Positions 44,662-58,059 of a stretch of 64,000 nt of DNA are shown here, piece by piece; position 1 is the first letter of the stretch; the number at the start of each line of letters is the position of its first letter. The notes below the pieces were generated by a model that saw only the letters and a program-made list of their open reading frames with translations, was not told the origin of the DNA and ran no database searches. The stretch spans positions 55,862,001 through 55,926,000 of the forward strand of contig OZ024749.1 in NCBI GenBank assembly GCA_964016885.1, given 5' to 3'. The stretch is from Eledone cirrhosa. Its lineage: Eukaryota. The position numbers and the translations under genes are program-made.

Positions 44662-44765
44662 CTTGGGGAGGGTCATATTGCCAGAAATAATAACGGAACA
44701 CACTCACTGTTTGGTTGGTTTTCGCTTCTGCATCTTTTATATCTCCATAGTTCATTTATTTGCTA
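44655..44765 (-). mobile_element. 3' fragment related to the 40211 element
   Basis: CGTTATACTTGGGGAGGGTCATATTGCCA. Confidence 0.6.
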
Positions 44766-44857
44766 ATCAACGTTTATCATTGATTGGCCAACGGTTAAAA
44801 ATACAGATATATATATATATATATATATATGTATATTCAGATATACATATATATAAT

Positions 44858-44953
44858 GGTTTCTACTATTGGCACAAGGCCAGAAATTATCAGTACATTA
44901 CGGGTGGTTAAAATAAAGTACCAGTAAAGATGAAAGGCATAGTTGACCTCGGT
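44858..44953 (-). mobile_element. Truncated short-tail SINE with a small internal inversion
   Basis: AAAATAAAGTACCAGTAA is reversed relative to the rest of the copy. Confidence 0.7.
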
Positions 44954-45004
44954 AAATACGAAGAAGTTTCATTTACATGTATTTAGTGTTTTATTGTGTA
45001 TCGG

Positions 45005-45095
45005 CCTGTTACGCTCGTTTCGCAGGTATTTGGCTCGGGTTCACCCATAGAAGTTATGAACCCGACTCCTTTTATCAATCTGCTCATCAGACTGG
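45005..45095 (-). ncRNA. Type I hammerhead ribozyme with extended stem II
   Basis: CCAGU-CUGAUGA-GCAG...CUGC-GAAA-C-GAGC-GUA/ACAGG; AAUAAA downstream at 44995-44990. Confidence 0.75.
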
Positions 45096-45814
45096 TAATC
45101 TAAAAAAAAAAATCATCGTTTTTATTAATATATACTCTGGCTTTGCATCGAGTACTCGTTTTGTACCACCACCAGTAGACTTCTGCGAGACGAGATCGAA
45201 TGTATTGGCTTTGACACATGTATATGTGAGGGGTTTGGTGTTATTGTAGATGAGGGGGAGGGTTCGCCTTAGAGTTTATTGGTGATGGTAAGTTACTTTA
45301 CCCATGGAAATATTTTGGATGAATAAATTTATTCATATTAGTGTACACGAAATTGACAGATATGTCCCTTTATAAATAAATATTACTACGAAGAAGCATG
45401 AATATGTATGTGTGTGTGTCTATGTATGTATGTATGTATGTGTGTATGTACGTATGTATGTATATATGTGTGTATGTGTGTATGTATGTATGTATGTTTT
45501 TTGTTATGGATGTTGGTATGTATGTGTTTGTTTGTATGTTCGTTTGCATGTTCATTTGCATGTACGTATGTATGTAAATATTAGGTATGCATGTTTCTCT
45601 ATCTCTCTCTCTCCATATATATTTCTATATTTCTATCTACAAATATATGCATATATTTATATGTATATATGTATATATATTTCTATATATATGTGTGTGT
45701 ATATATACTTATATGTATTTATATGCATATATTTATATATATACACACACACATATATGCATCTAATAAACCTTTGTTTTTACTGCCTCTCTGTTTTTGT
45801 TCCCGTTCCAATTT

Positions 45815-45846
<32 letters not shown>

Positions 45847-46252
45847 CGCACACACACGCACATATTTTCATATGTATATATGTGCAGATATTCCTAAATT
45901 TATGTATGAGTGAACGCGTGTCAGCGGGGGGAAAGAAGGAGTTTATTGAGAGTGCAATGCGAAGGAGAAACTGCCGTGTATATTGGCAGTGAGGTAATAC
46001 GATTTAAAATGAATTCGATGCTGGAATGACGTGAGACAAACATAGTTTTATGCCTATGATGGATGGCTGTCTTCAGACAATGTGAGCTGATTGGTCTCTG
46101 AAGATTGAGTCAATAATAAAGTCACTAAAATTCTTTCTGTTTACACAACGGTTATGTGGCGGACGGTAGTATTTCAACTTCCCAGAGAGCAATATGTCAG
46201 GAATCTAATGAGGTCACTCATATAATGTGTTTATATGACTACGTAGAGATCC

Positions 46253-46287
<35 letters not shown>

Positions 46288-46308
46288 TGGTCAGCATGTA
46301 TGATATTA

Positions 46309-46346
<38 letters not shown>

Positions 46347-46641
46347 TTTCACTCCATTTCTCTCTCCCCTCTCTCGCTATATATATATGTATATATATGT
46401 ATACATATATATATATAAGTAATTATATGCAAACCCGGATATAGATGCGTATATTTGAAATATATATAAATTTGTGTGTTTGTGTTTGCATGTGTATGTA
46501 TATAAATACGTGTGTGTGTGTGTGAGTATATATATATATATACACACATACATGAATATAGTTGTATCATATTTTTGTTGTTTTAAACTACACACTATAC
46601 GAGTGTGTTTGTACATATCAATATATGTGAGGATGTAATAT

Positions 46642-46787
<146 letters not shown>

Positions 46788-47355
46788 TACTTACATAGGG
46801 GGTCACAGTTATAAACACACACACACATTTATGTAAATATATATATATATAATATGCACTCATATATACATACATGTTTTCTTACTATCTACATATATGT
46901 CACGTTAGAGAAATGGAGAATGAACTTAACATTGATTCCATGGTAATAGCAATGTCGATTAATGCTTCAAGATTGGTAGAAAAGGGAGAAGAAGATAACG
47001 ATAAGGAAGTGGAGGATGAAGAGGAAGGAGATGAAAGAGAAGATGAACGAGAAGAAAGAAATTTTGAAGGGGAAGAGGAAGAAGTTATTGGAGAAGATTT
47101 AAGGTAAACAAAGACATGGTTTGCCACTAAATGAGAACTAGAAACATGGTGGCTACCTCGGTCGTACTGGTGGTAGTGGTGGTGGTAGTGTTAGTGGTGG
47201 TAGTAGAGACAAGAACTAGAAACGTGTGGTGGCTACCTCGGTGTTAGTAGTGTTAGTGGTGTTAGTGGTAGTGGTGTTAATAGTGTTAGTGTGTTCGAGT
47301 TAGTGGTGTTAGTGGTGCTATTAGTAGTGGTAGTAATTGTGGTAGTGTTATTAGT

Positions 47356-47539
47356 TGTTTCTACTTTAGACACAAGGCCAGCAATCATCCCAGTGTATTA
47401 CTGGTACTTTATTTTATCGACCCCGTAATGATGAAAGGGAAAGTTAACCTCGGCGGGATTTGAACTCAAAATGACAAGGGTCGTAACTATATGCGTCAAA
47501 GCATAGCATCCGACCCTCTACCGATACTGCCAATCCACC
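47356..47539 (-). mobile_element. SINE, short-tail form, flanked by a long direct repeat
   Basis: Full head, core and tail; flanks 47268-47355 and 47540-47613 align. Confidence 0.9.
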
Positions 47540-47910
47540 GTAGTGGTGTTAATAGTGTTAGTGGTGTTAGTGGTGGTATTAGTAAGGGTAGTAATTGTGG
47601 TAGTGTTATTAGTGGTGGTAGTAGTTGGAGTAGAGAACGAAAATGAAAGTAGGAAAACTGTAAAGCTATAAGAAAAAAGCTAAGGCATGATGGAAGGATG
47701 TGATTAGATGGTCAGAGAGATTAGATATAACGACAGTGATATAGTAGTTTCAAGAGACGGCAAAAGGGAAAAGCATCGAGGAAAGTACACTCCAAAATAT
47801 GGCTAGTTCAATATATATATATATATATATGAGAGAGATAGACACTCACACGTATATAAAGTATAAACTTACACACATGCACATGCACATATATATATAT
47901 ATATATATAT

Positions 47911-47988
47911 AGTAATAATAATAAATTTGAAGACTAAAATCCAAAGAGGGCTCGATAAGGATAAATATATATCAAATATATATATTTA

Positions 47989-47996
<8 letters not shown>
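47911..47996 (-). mobile_element. Family Y fragment in (TA)n
   Basis: GAAGACTAAAATCCAAAGAGGGCTCGATAAGGATAAATATATATCAAAT matches 41485-41533. Confidence 0.8.
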
Positions 47997-48020
<24 letters not shown>

Positions 48021-48496
48021 CTTATCATATATATATATATATATATATACTACCACGAATCTAGTGAACGACGTATATATATAATATATGTTGTTATTTC
48101 TGTTTACCTTTTACATATATATATGTGTGTGTGTGTGTGTATATATATGTGTGTGTGTGGAGAGAGAGAGAGAAGTAGGCAGATAAATAGATATAGTGGA
48201 GCAAATGTTGAAATACTGTGGTTCACGGTGGAAAAGGAAATAATGAGAGAAGAAGAGATGTATGAGCATGTGTTTTTTTATAGGGTTTCCCAGACATGCA
48301 AGAGTACAGAGTAAGTATCGCAATACACAAACCCTTTACAAATATTAGACAGGAAATGAGGTTTTGAAATTACTGCAGGGAAATATCTATTTTGAAAATA
48401 ATGAAGGTGGGATTGGGTTTCAAATATAGATTGCATTTGACTAGACAGAAACGTGTGTGTGTGTATATATATATATACATGTGTGTGTGTGTGTGT

Positions 48497-48555
<59 letters not shown>

Positions 48556-49199
48556 CTCAGTTACACACTCTATATATAGCCAGATATATCTTTATCATAT
48601 AATATAACATATATATGTATTTTATATATATATATTTATATTTTTTCGTATTAATTTTTTCTTATATATCGTAGGGGCATTTATGTAGTTTGCATTAGAA
48701 TTTATGTATTGTAGCGGCACTCTTATATATCGTATTAGTATTCATTTTCGGGATCTGAATTAATATTTCGTATTAGTTTCGGGTCTCTGAATTATTATTT
48801 CGTATTAGGTTTTTTTTTTAGTATTTTTAGTATTTTTAGTATTTTCTATAGTCTAGTGAGAGATTTGATGAATGTGGTAGTGGAATAGTAACCAGAAATT
48901 GTGTTTTTTTATATTTTTTTTATATGTTTAACATTCTTATTTTTCTATATAGATTTACTCCATATAGATCTACTTATTGTTTCGACTCCCCCCCCCCTCC
49001 CTCTCTTGACCTCTTATCCTTAGGATTCTGCTGTAGTTGGCACTATCAACGCACGACAGAGTTTCCTCCACTCCCTCTCCCCCTTTCTTTTACTGGCAAG
49101 TTCAGCTACCCCTTCCTTCCACAAAATGCCATGATAGAATTATGTGTCTCAACAACAAACTTTTGACCAATCCTTGTGACAATCACTTTTACCATATAT

Positions 49200-49356
49200 G
49201 GAATATTACCCCCTGAGAAGTTCGGTTATTCATTTACCAGGATAAAAATGTTCATTTAGTCCAGAATTAGCCGTCGAAACGGCTTGAGCTCAGCCGTCGG
49301 AGTCCTACTCGTTCCTATTACCGTCCATCTGGTTCCGTACCACATTTCCTTCGTTA
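49200..49356 (+). mobile_element. HHR element family X, most complete HHR (core mutated)
   Basis: ACCCC-CUGAGAAG...CGGUUAUUC/GAAUUAGCCG..GAAACGGCU-UGAGCUC-AGCCGUC/GGAGU, followed by the family 3' end. Confidence 0.75.
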
Positions 49357-49845
49357 TATATAAATATAAGGAAAAGAAATTAAAAATGCAATTTGAGTCT
49401 TTTAAAAATGTTAATTTACTTTACCGGTTTCACAGTGCTTATGATTTTCAAAAGTAAAATTGAGACGGAGTCATGGTTTGTCTCATATCTGTATCTGTGT
49501 GTATGTGTATGAAACATCTGATTTGGTTCGTGAATATATTTCGCCCACAGTTGGGATGGGTGGCTATTGAATCTAAGGAGTTTAACTGTCTTTTGTAGTG
49601 CCATTTACTCTCGTCAACAGACTAGGGTGTTGTGGGGGCTGGAAGACTCTTTAGTCGCCAACCACTCGACCATAATAAAAGCAGGTTTTATTGGGTGATA
49701 CGATACCAGAAGTAGGCAGAAACTTAATTATTACTTATCTTTTAATTCTCTTGTCTATATCCAAATAAACTGTATATATATATATATATATATGAATATA
49801 TATATATATATATATATATATGAATATATATATATATATATATGA

Positions 49846-49950
<105 letters not shown>

Positions 49951-49960
49951 CTGTGTGTAT

Positions 49961-50070
49961 AAGGACTAGCGTCCGAAACGTTAAGACCGTCTTCCTGCTA
50001 TTTCAAGCGTTAACCTAATATATCCCTTCCATATACTGTACTGATTGTCTTATTTCTGTTTACCTTTTAC
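49961..50070 (+). mobile_element. 5'-truncated Penelope-like end with half an HHR
   Basis: GGAC-TAGC-GTCC-GAAACGTTA; 3' end TATTTCTGTTTACCTTTTACA also present near 48095. Confidence 0.5.
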
Positions 50071-50075
50071 ACACG

Positions 50076-50119
<44 letters not shown>

Positions 50120-50606
50120 TTGTAAATATCTGCGGTAATTTGTCTAACAATGACCATGCTTGACCTAACAGAGTTCGCCAGCACTCTTTGTTGGAAGTTA
50201 AGCACAAGAGATGCTGTATTATTTAGAGTTAGATTATATATACAGTTGAAACCCCAGAATGGATTAAAGTTCAGTGAGAGCCAGAAATATGGAAATTGCA
50301 ACAAAGCCAAAGTAATTGAAGAACCGGAAATAATACAAAGATAGGAAATGAAGATAAATTATATGCATACAGTTTATACAAATCCCGATGCATATATCCT
50401 TACATGTATAAATACATACTTACATACATATATATACATCCTTATCTATATATTTATATATATAGATATATATATATTATATATATAAATACATGTGTGT
50501 ATGCGTGTGTGTATATGTATATATCCTTACATGCATAAATACCTACTTACATACAGATATGTAATTCATTATATATATCTCTCTCTCTCCTCCCTTCTTC
50601 CCCCTC

Positions 50607-50648
<42 letters not shown>

Positions 50649-50745
50649 TGTGTGTATATGTGTGCCTGTGTATGCATGTATATGTGTGTATATGTATGCC
50701 TGTGTATTCATGTATATATATAAAGGTGCGTGTGCATTCCTTTCC

Positions 50746-50786
<41 letters not shown>

Positions 50787-50939
50787 TCTCTTTCTCTTTC
50801 TCTCTCTCTCTCTCTCTCACTACTGCTTGTCTATATTTACGTCCATGACTATGGAATATAAACATTCTTACATTCTATATTGTTGATTCACCCAACCAGT
50901 TCATAGTGTATTACTCCTGGTAATTAAACCTTATTCATA

Positions 50940-51240
50940 TCGGCTGGCGTTTCTTGGACATTTTAAAACCTGGCCGAGCCTAACTCCTTCTCCAGGTCTG
51001 AACGCAGCAGATCTTTTCTAGCAAAGGATAGAGAGAGTGAGAAAATGGAAGTGAGATTCTTGGATATTTTAAAACCTGTCGGGGTTCATCTCCTCTCCAG
51101 GTCTGAACGCAGCAGATTTCCTCTAGAAAAAGATAGAGTGAGAAAATGGTGATGAGAAAGAGATATAGAGGAAGAATCGATCCCATTACTAGACTAGTAC
51201 TTTTTTTATCGACCTCGGTGAATTTTGAACATAGAATAAG
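50940..51240 (-). mobile_element. SINE with alternative long tail, internally duplicated
   Basis: TCTCCAGGTCTGAACGCAGCAGAT occurs twice; similar to 9110-9290. Confidence 0.65.
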
Positions 51241-51608
51241 TTGGATATTAAATCTACATACGCCTCGTGAGTATGTAGTCTATTACACGTATCTCAATAA
51301 ATTAGTCATCAATAAGAGATAAGTATTGTTTACAACAAGATTTTGTTTACATTCTCTCTATATAAAGATATTTAGTGTGATAGATACTAAGATTCTCTCT
51401 ATATAAAGACCATGATATTTAGTGTGATAGATACTCAGAGCAATTCTTTATTATCTGATAATTCTAATTTATCAAGTCTGATATACAAATATCTCAGGTA
51501 AATTAAACATATGCAAACAAACACGACTTCTTAAACTAAGTGTTTATAGCAGCGCTGTCAAAACTGTATATATGTGTGTGTGTGTGTGTGTCTCTCTCTC
51601 TCTCTCTC

Positions 51609-51647
<39 letters not shown>

Positions 51648-51740
51648 GACTAACAGGAGCAATAACGGTCTTATTTGCGTATATGTATAATGTATATATG
51701 CATGCATATAGATATATAAGTATGTACGCTCGTAAATATG

Positions 51741-51782
<42 letters not shown>

Positions 51783-52349
51783 GATATATGTATCGTGTGT
51801 GAGTGTGTTAGCTGATTACAGTGTTATCATGATAGTATGTTTACAGACACATCAATTAGATAGTTGCAAAGTACCGGGCTGTATATCATTTGCGGAACAG
51901 AACAGTAAATTCTCGTCTTTGTTACTTTGTGTATGTATATGTATATATATATTACTTTTATCTTCTACAAAATACATACACACACATGTATATATTTATA
52001 TATATATATATATATATATACGCACACATCTGTATATATATATGTGTGTGGTGTATTTGTGTTTGTATAAATAGATCATACGAAGAGTTAGCGCAGATAA
52101 ACCCCTTTCAACAGGTCAGAAAATCTCCTTTTTCTCAATATAATCTTCTCCTCAGTTCGTTGGTGTTATTATGTTATTATATACAATTCGACTTAATTAA
52201 ACTTTTATGATAAGAAAAGATCTTCTTGAAAGGATATCAACCTATGAGAGGGTAACTAGCTCAAACTTCCCAACACATTAGCTGTGCTATAACACATTGC
52301 TATTACCAATAAAAAAACAAACTATTCAGCTATGTTAAACATTCAAAGT

Positions 52350-52540
52350 AGGCGGCGAATTGGCGGAGTCGTTAGAACATCAGATAGAAGAGTGTACGAT
52401 ATTCGTTTAGGCTCTCTGCTTTCTGAGTTTAAATCCCGCCTAGGTCTACTTTACCTTCTACCCATCCGAGGTCGATGAATACAGTACCAGTCAAGTACTG
52501 GGGTTCATTCTTCCGCTATATATCTTTCTCAATTGCTTAT
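52350..52540 (+). mobile_element. Older SINE with start of the alternative tail
   Basis: GGCGGCGAATTGGCGGAGTCG head; AGTACTGGGGTTCATTCTTCC. Confidence 0.8.
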
Positions 52541-52683
52541 GATTGTACTCTGATCTGATCTATATCGAAACAATTGTAATATGCCAATAGAGTTTGTATA
52601 TATGCTGCAACGCTGACTTCGACTGTACTCTCCGGCTCACTTCCTCTCCCCCCCCCCCCCTCTCTCTCTCTCTCTCTGCGATA

Positions 52684-52789
52684 TAATCTGTTATTTTAAT
52701 AAATATTTGCTCTACGGTTCTTATATATCTGATATATATTTATCCTTATCGAGCCCTCTTTGGATTTTAGTCTTCAAATTTATTATTAT

Positions 52790-52795
<6 letters not shown>
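52684..52795 (+). mobile_element. Family Y long-arm fragment
   Basis: Reverse complement of about 41470-41577; ends in (TA)n. Confidence 0.85.
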
Positions 52796-52829
<34 letters not shown>

Positions 52830-53049
52830 TAGCTGACACTATATAGATGATAATAAGAACTAGCAAACTCTCCATGGAAGAAAGGTTTTATAAACTCGTA
52901 CTCAGCACACTTATGGGATATTGTCTAACATTGGTGGGAAGGGTAACTTGATGACACGGCTTATGTCTTGGTTTAAGGCACATGCCACTCATTTAGTAGC
53001 AGACATTAGATACATAGAAAAAAAAATCTCTGAATTGTATTTCCTTTCT

Positions 53050-53081
<32 letters not shown>

Positions 53082-53499
53082 CGTACATACATACACACAT
53101 ATGAAGCTTCACTGTTGCCAGAGTCGCTGGAAGGCAATAGAGGAAATGATTTATTAATATTCTAGTTAAATAAGTAAATGAGAACATGTGTAAACATCTA
53201 GACATGAGGGAATGATAGGGAAGCATTAGGTGGGCGAACTCACTGGAAGTCAGTTAACATCCTAAGTACATTCCTTGTTAAGCTGCCGGGACGCTCACCA
53301 ATTTCCTGTCTTTTATTTGCTTCTGTACCACCGTCAACGCATGTCTTTAATTCTATGTTTTCTTTTAACATACTCAACATTATTTCCATAATATATTTCT
53401 ATGTACTAATGAAGTGGGATTTTTACGAATATATTAAAATATGCCCAGCACATGCTTGGTGCTTTGTGTATAATTGTTCATATCCGCTTTACATCCTCT

Positions 53500-53559
<60 letters not shown>

Positions 53560-53659
53560 CACTTTGACAGTTAGTTGAATGCAAACACATATACATACAT
53601 ATATATGTTTATACATATATATATATATATATTTTAGTCTTCACATTTATTATTATTAC

Positions 53660-53690
<31 letters not shown>

Positions 53691-53844
53691 ACATATACAT
53701 TCACTCTATCATCTTCTATTCTATCACTCCCACTCTCTCTATTCCTCTCAATCTCTTGATCTATCTTATCACTCTGTTTCTATCTCCTCTCTTTCTATCT
53801 ATATTAAACATCTCTGCAATGCCGTGTCTACATGTGTCTATCTT

Positions 53845-54150
53845 CTTGATTATTGCTACACTAGGATGCTATGTATGTTGTGAAGTGGAAGTAGCACATG
53901 AGAAACGTACCCGTCTATAGAGACATTTCAAAAGTAAGTGAGGAAGTTCGCCTAGGTCGATTCCGTTTCTCAGGACATTGTGCACGCCATCCTGAAGAGG
54001 AAGTGTCAAAGCTGCATCTGTGGGATTTTCGTCACAAATTAAAATAGAGCGGTGGACATCATGTCACATATATTGTCTTCTTGACCTTTGCCCGAGAGGG
54101 GTCAAGCTTTAACTAATAAGCAATATATAGGAATGACAGAGATTAGATAT
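53845..54150 (+). pseudogene. Decayed C-terminal end of an RTE-clade LINE ORF
   Basis: LDYCYTRML, frameshift, then VKWK*HMRNVPVYRDISKVSEEVRLGRFRFSGHCARHPEEEVSKLHLW, matching the RTE pattern LDGCYTRMLR..W..H..N..RRLRFAGHC.R....LW. Confidence 0.8.
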
Positions 54151-54269
54151 AAGTTCCTGATTAAAGGGTCGTACAATTTCAAGTCTTTGCTCACATGGAA
54201 TGTACCGTTAAAGCATCAAACTGAAAGATTTTTAGTATTTAGTGGTCGATAAGATGAATTACCTGTCAT

Positions 54270-54408
54270 ATACTGTGTGTCTACCTTGAATAGATGAAAG
54301 GGAAAAATTGACCTCGTCGGGATTTGAACTCAGAGAGAGTAGAGTGCTGAAACAAATATGACAAACATTCTATCCGACGTTTTAACGAATCTGGCAATTC
54401 GCCGTCGT
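54270..54408 (-). mobile_element. Diverged SINE
   Basis: GACCTCGTCGGGATTTGAACTCAG ... GGCAATTCGCCG. Confidence 0.75.
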
Positions 54409-54642
54409 TTGCTCCACATAGTCCAGTGTAAAATCCAAATATAAATCGGAAATTGGGTTACAGGAGAAGCTATGACTAAATGTCAACGAATATTGAGATT
54501 ATCTGAACGGCTAATAATCCCCGAAAGACCTGTCACGGACAGGATTAATAAAGATCGTATTAAGCCTTGTCAGTCATATTAGGATAAGAAGGATTAATAA
54601 ATGTCTTATATGTTGCTTGATATTCTAACCTGTATAACTAGG

Positions 54643-54880
54643 GCAGTAGTAGTAGTAGTGGTGGTGGTGGTGTTCGGTGGTAGTGGTAGTAGTAGTAGTG
54701 GTGGTGGTGGTCGTCGTTGTGGTGGTAGTAGTAGTGGTGGTTGTAGTGGTGGTGGTGGTAGTGGTAGTAGTAGTGGTGGTGTTCGGTGGTGGTGGTGGTG
54801 GTAGTAGTAGTGGTGGTAGTAGAGGTGTTCGGTGGTGGTAGTAGTAGTGGTGATGGTAGTGGTAGTAGTAGTAGTAGTTG
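54643..54880. repeat. (GTA/GTG)n tract
   Basis: Directly visible. Confidence 0.9.
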
Positions 54881-55039
54881 ACGCGGTAGTTATGTCTGGT
54901 TACGTCTTCAATTTCAAGTTCTAATCTCACCTTGTTTGACGTTAAATACTACTGGGTCATAGAAGATAAGAATTAGTCAGTGACATAAAGAGTGACAAGG
55001 TCACTTAAAAGAACTAATGTGTTTTTCACTTAACTCCAG

Positions 55040-55446
55040 GTGATTGCGGCATATAGCTATGGCCCTTTACGTTTTGAGGTCAAATTCCGCCGAGATTAGC
55101 CTTTTCATCTTTACAGGGTCAATAAAATAAAACCCAGTAACGAATTAATCGACATACGTCTCCGCCAGAATTGTTGGCCATCTGCCTAAATCAGAAACCA
55201 TTATTAATTATATGGTGAGGATTAGCAGTATTGGTAGGGCGGTGGATTGTCAGAATCGGTAGGGCATTGGGCAACATGACTGAATATAGTTACGTGTCTG
55301 TACGTTCTGACCTCGTTGAGTTTAGCTTTGTCTTTCATCCTTACGGGTGGGGCCGATAAAATAAAGTACCAGTAATGCACTTGGGTCGATTTACTCAGTT
55401 TCCCCTCCTTCTAAATTTCGGCCTCGTATCTAAATCAGAAACCATT
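55040..55446 (+). mobile_element. Two tandem long-tail SINEs
   Basis: Two cores, each ending CTAAATCAGAAACCATT. Confidence 0.8.
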
Positions 55447-55584
55447 TAGCTCCAGGTAGAAACGATTGATTAAATCTATTTAGAAAGGCAGTTTTTTACA
55501 GAAATGTTTCTAGTTCCTCGTACTCTGAGTTCAAATGCTATCAAGCTTAATGTTGTCTTTTATCCTACCTGATCTTCACAAAGG

Positions 55585-55768
55585 ACCTCATCACATTTAA
55601 GGGGAAAACGCAAGGTAGGTTAATTCAACGCAAGTACTTGACTGGTACGTTTTTTATCGACCTCGTATGAATGAAAATTAAAGATGAGCTGGGTGGGATT
55701 TGAACTAAGAACGGATGTTGAAATGGCATTGTATCCGACTGTCTACCAATTCTGCCAATCCACCACCT
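55585..55768 (-). mobile_element. Diverged SINE
   Basis: GGGATTTGAACT and TTCTGCCAATCCACC. Confidence 0.75.
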
Positions 55769-56039
55769 TAGAAGAATATCAATATTGATTAATCTATCGA
55801 TAAGATGATTAGTGGATTAGCTGATAGACTATTACCGTATTTATTAGATCATCTGAAGAAAATAGATTTTTACCGGAACTAACAGAAGCTGTCAAATGTC
55901 TCAGATATTGTTTTCAAAATAATGTTTAGACAGAACTGTCAGTGCGTGAAATGAACACAAAAGATTATCTGTTAACACCAGGATTATCAGAGACACTTGT
56001 ATGATATAGTATGGTCCCGTAACTTCTGATGAAATCATA

Positions 56040-56245
56040 GAGGCGCTGTTGTGGCATATGGCGTTTCGTGGGCATTTTAACCCTGGCAAAGTCTATCTCC
56101 CATCAATGTCTGACACAACAGATTTCTTCCAGAGAAGGATAGAAAGTGAGAGAGATATATATATAGAAGTAGAATCAACCTCAGTACTAAGCTGGTACCT
56201 CTTTTTATCGACATTGAAAACATGAGAGTCAAAGTCCCCACTTTG
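56040..56245 (-). mobile_element. SINE core plus alternative long tail
   Basis: GGCGTTTCGTGGGCATTTTAACCCTGGC, similar to 50946-50974. Confidence 0.6.
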
Positions 56246-56960
56246 CCTAATTTCTCCACGTTTTGGGGCACCTTTTTTCATGCTACTCCCAGTTTGAGTT
56301 TTTAGAGGCTGGCAGGTCTAATTTAAGGATAACCATTTTAAAATGAGCAATGTTGTATTATAAATCCAGGGCGATTTCAGGCGGTTTCTTATCAATAGTT
56401 TGAGGCCTATGAAACAAGTCCAACGACGAAATATCTGACCATTTATATAGCTTTAGCTCCCCTTCCCGATCACATTTGCTCGTTAGCAATACATTAGAGT
56501 GTTAATGAAATATATGACAGTTGTGATCATTAGATGAAGTGGCTTTGCGTTATCATTAAATCGCAGTCGGCGGTCTTTTGCTTCACTTTATTCAAATTTC
56601 CACACACCTGCCATTTGTCCTACTTTCGTGTTTGCACTCGTTCGAAGCAAAATGTACTTTTATAATTTTATTCCCTTCACTCACCTAACCAGGCCGATCG
56701 GCCACTCCCAATACCCAGATACGTACTCCGCCCCCAACGATGGGACTCATTATATAGACCATGACCTTAAACATCCTCTTGCCTCCCACCCATCTATCCA
56801 ACTCCTTTACAACTCCTAACAACTCTGGATTGCTTTCTTTGTGCATGTGCATATCTCCATGTGCATACGTAATCGTGTATATGTATATATGTACTTACAT
56901 GCATCTGTGTTTGACACGTGTGGCTATGAATGAGTAGGTGTATGCATCCATTTATGAGTG

Positions 56961-56995
<35 letters not shown>

Positions 56996-57251
56996 ATGTA
57001 TTATGTATGTGTGTGCACACACCCACGCGTCTCTGTATCATTGTGTGTGAGTTGTCTTCATTTTTTTTTATCGTGCGTATTTATATATATCTTGATGTGT
57101 GGTGTGAGTGTATGTGTGTGTGTAGGCGTATGTGTGTGTGTGTGTGTGCTCGTTCATGTATTTGTATATTTATGTGCATATATGTATGTATATGGATATG
57201 CTTTTGTTTTTTCTTCTACATGTCCGTCATTTTGTATATATTTATATCATT

Positions 57252-57327
<76 letters not shown>

Positions 57328-57760
57328 TTATTTATTTATTTATTTAATCGTATTTGTGTGTTCGTTTGTGTGACTATATATAAATATATATATATTTATA
57401 TATATATATATACATATGAGTGTGTGTATATGTGTGCTGTCTGTGTGTCTGTATATTTCAATGTATATATGTGATTATGTATGATTGTTCTAGTAGCATT
57501 GTATTCCTCCACCCACTTCCTCCACCCACCAATCTACCTGTCAACCCCAGCAATCATATATTCACATTTTACTACTCCTTTTAAATACCCCCCCCCCCGC
57601 CTCCACCACCCTACTGCCTTACTCTTCAGCTACCTTATTTCCCAGCCATTCATCACCCAACCATGCGGCAATCTATCCACCTATATAACCAGTCATCCAT
57701 GCATCCATGTATGTATGCATCCGTTCAGGCATAAATTCATGCATCCGTGAATATGTGTTC

Positions 57761-57836
<76 letters not shown>

Positions 57837-57959
57837 ATGCGTTTCTATCTATATGTCTGTCTATCTATCGATCTATCTGCCTAAATTTTTCCCTCTGCCT
57901 GTGTCTTTCTCATTTTCCATATATATCTTGTATATGTGCATATGTATGCTTAAATTCAC

Positions 57960-57998
<39 letters not shown>

Positions 57999-58059
57999 CA
58001 CAGTATGTGTTTGTGTGCGTAATTATATACATATATATAATTATATGTTTATATGACTG

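Noticed and set aside
54500-54545. CTGAACG...CCCCGAAAGACCTGTC hammerhead candidate
   Set aside because: Core and stems I and II do not fit.
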